Shown piece after piece: positions 61,921-64,000 of a DNA stretch of 64,000 nucleotides. The position numbers and the translations under genes were made by a program. The stretch is from IMG/VR virus record IMGVR_UViG_3300047481_001036, one strand, 5' to 3'. The stretch's first letter is position 1. Every line of letters starts with the position of its first letter. This DNA comes from a virus. The notes beneath the pieces are model-generated. The model had not been told where the DNA came from, searched no databases, and worked only from the letters and a program-made list of their open reading frames with translations.

Positions 61921-62566
61921 AGTTATATCATTTAGCTTATGGGGAAATAAACCTATCTATTGTGTAGGGGCTCTTAAGAACGCAGAATTAGCCCTATCTT
62001 TATATCCTGAATGGATATGCTACTATTATATAGGGTTATCGACTCCTACTTACATTATAGATAAACTTAATTTATTCCCTAATGTAAAAACTATTCTAAT
62101 GCCCGACTATGGTGATTGGAAAGGTATGTTTTGGAGATTTTCTACTTGTGACGATCCTGAGATAGAACTATCTATTTTTAGAGATACAGATTCTAGACTG
62201 TCTATTAGAGAAAAGAATGCTGTTGACGAATGGATTGGTAGTGACAGAACATTCCATATTATGAGAGACCATCCTTTTCATGGATACCCGATCTTAGGAG
62301 GGATGTGGGGTTATAAAAATAATAATAAATTTCATATCAAACCCCTTATACAAAATTTCAGTCAAGCAGATAGATACGGTACGGACTATGAGTTTTTTGG
62401 AAAAGTTTTATATCCTCTGATAAAAGAAGATAAAATAGTTCATGATGAGTTTTTTGATAAAAGGCCGTTTCCTAGTTCTAGGATAGGTTCTGAATTTGTA
62501 GGAGAGGTATACAACGAACAAGATATACGTCACCCTATTCATCATACATATATACCAGTTAAATAA
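61907..62566 (+). CDS. glycosyltransferase-like protein
   Basis: ISFSLWG..Y..GA..N, MFWRF, RDTDSR, MRDHPFH, GGMWG. Confidence 0.7.
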   Translation: MKKNKVISFSLWGNKPIYCVGALKNAELALSLYPEWICYYYIGLSTPTYIIDKLNLFPNVKTILMPDYGDWKGMFWRFSTCDDPEIELSIFRDTDSRLSIREKNAVDEWIGSDRTFHIMRDHPFHGYPILGGMWGYKNNNKFHIKPLIQNFSQADRYGTDYEFFGKVLYPLIKEDKIVHDEFFDKRPFPSSRIGSEFVGEVYNEQDIRHPIHHTYIPVK

Positions 62567-62577
62567 AATAAATTTTT

Positions 62578-63357
62578 ATGCTAAGAGTATACAATACTTT
62601 TTGTACTGAACGTTGGCTACCTTTAGTTAAGGTATTAGCCGACTCAATTCTTTCCTTTAGTAAATATAAATTAATAATTAATTGTATTAATTTTTCATAT
62701 GATTTTAATAACTCTCAAATTATATCTAAACCCATTTACTTAAATAGTACACTACATAATTTAAATATGTTATATAGATATAAATGGTCTACATTATTAG
62801 ATCAAGACTACGATACATGCGTTATGTTAGACGCAGATATGATAGCATTGCCCGGTATAGACAATTTATTTGATAATGATTACGACTATTCCAATAGTAG
62901 GTATCCTTTATTTGCAGTTCATCCTCATAATCCTTTTGATAATCCGATGCATAAAGATAGATTATTTGATATGATGCAACTATTTACATCAAATAAACCA
63001 AAAATGCCCTATGTATATGCTTCAGGTGTCATCAGTAAAACCCATAGACTATTTATTGAAGAAATTACTGAATGTATTGATTGGTTTAATAAAAATAATA
63101 TACCAGCATATATAGAAGATGAAGGTATTCTAAATTGTTTATTGTCTAAATATGAAGCAAAAAAGAATCTAGGATATAATTATTTTCCTAATGCTACTTT
63201 ATATCAAGACTACATTTCTAATAATTTAGATAATAGTGTAGAACTTTATGAAACTTATACAAAACACAAATGTCCTGTTAAGTTCTATGCTTTACACGGA
63301 TGCAAAAATGCTAGAGAAGCACAATCAATATTTGATAGCATTAAAAAAATACAATGA
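62578..63357 (+). CDS. GT-A glycosyltransferase (GT8-like)
   Basis: MLDADM DxD motif, SGV, DEGILN. Confidence 0.65.
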   Translation: MLRVYNTFCTERWLPLVKVLADSILSFSKYKLIINCINFSYDFNNSQIISKPIYLNSTLHNLNMLYRYKWSTLLDQDYDTCVMLDADMIALPGIDNLFDNDYDYSNSRYPLFAVHPHNPFDNPMHKDRLFDMMQLFTSNKPKMPYVYASGVISKTHRLFIEEITECIDWFNKNNIPAYIEDEGILNCLLSKYEAKKNLGYNYFPNATLYQDYISNNLDNSVELYETYTKHKCPVKFYALHGCKNAREAQSIFDSIKKIQ

Positions 63358-64000
63358 TAATACATCATCATCTAGGATTAGGAGATCATTTTGTTTGTAA
63401 TGGCTTAGTTAATTATTTTTCTAAGAAACAAAAAATAGATCTTATATGCAAAAAACATAATGAACCCACCGTGAGATCTCTTTATACAGAAAATAATAAT
63501 GTTAATATAGTTCCAATAGCTGGACTGTATGAAATAGAAGAAAGTCACAAATATGCAAAAGACACACATCAAGATATACTATGTATAGGTTTTAATAAAT
63601 GTGATCCTAATAATTGGGATAAATCTTTTTATGCTCAGGTTGGATTAAATTTTATAGAAAGATATAGATTATTTAAATTTCCTAGAACATTACCACCACA
63701 AATCAATATAGACAACAAGTCTTTTATATTTGTACACAATGAGTGTAGCGAAGGTCGTTACAATCTTGAAATAGATTCTAATTTAGATAGATTTGTATTA
63801 GAAAAATATCAAACAAATAATTTGTTTAGTTATATAGATATTATACAAAAAGCCGATGAAATACATTGTATAAATAGTTCAATCTTTCATCTAATAGATA
63901 GTATGTCTAATGTAACACATAAATTATATTATCATGATACCAGAAATCATCCGTGTAATTTTGAAATATCTTCTAAGTGGAGTATAGTAGATTATGATTA
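63354..64000 (+). CDS. glycosyltransferase-like protein (stop codon at window edge)
   Basis: MIIHHHLGLGDHF...ADEIHCINSSIFHL; open frame to the end of the window. Confidence 0.6.
   Translation, partial: MIIHHHLGLGDHFVCNGLVNYFSKKQKIDLICKKHNEPTVRSLYTENNNVNIVPIAGLYEIEESHKYAKDTHQDILCIGFNKCDPNNWDKSFYAQVGLNFIERYRLFKFPRTLPPQINIDNKSFIFVHNECSEGRYNLEIDSNLDRFVLEKYQTNNLFSYIDIIQKADEIHCINSSIFHLIDSMSNVTHKLYYHDTRNHPCNFEISSKWSIVDYD

Overview
64 kb from a large, AT-rich, gene-dense dsDNA phage genome (jumbo/'huge phage'-like, standard genetic code). No capsid, tail or terminase genes and no rRNA are present. 1-35 kb is mostly a co-oriented array of small ORFs driven by repeated sigma70-type promoters. It is interspersed with genes for RNA repair and translation rescue (RtcB, DRB0094-type RNA ligase, PTH2-like protein, tmRNA) and DNA repair and nucleotide metabolism (two HhH-GPD glycosylases, UvsE, ATP-dependent ligase, EndoVII, ThyX, PRTase, deaminase), plus three metallophosphoesterases and a CarF/TMEM189-type desaturase. 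35-64 kb holds exported enzymes, a tRNA-Leu(UAA) split by a group I intron, rIIA/rIIB, a primase-domain protein, RuvB, an actin-fold ATPase, Thr/Pro mucin-like proteins, proteases and a glycosyltransferase cluster. The top finding is a metallophosphoesterase gene interrupted by a 22-nt GGT-TAG-UUCG-hairpin-GGT insert that closely matches the T4 gene 60 ribosome-hopping signal. Other strong candidates are: TTA-free early genes paired with an intron-split tRNA-Leu(UAA); an RBS-sequestered HNH gene beside that intron; a double-T-loop tRNA-like ncRNA; a kissing-loop ncRNA; a Zn-ribbon/RuvA-domain-III partner for RuvB; and a GT60 plus mucin-like O-glycosylation module. All family calls come from motif recognition by eye; no searches were run.
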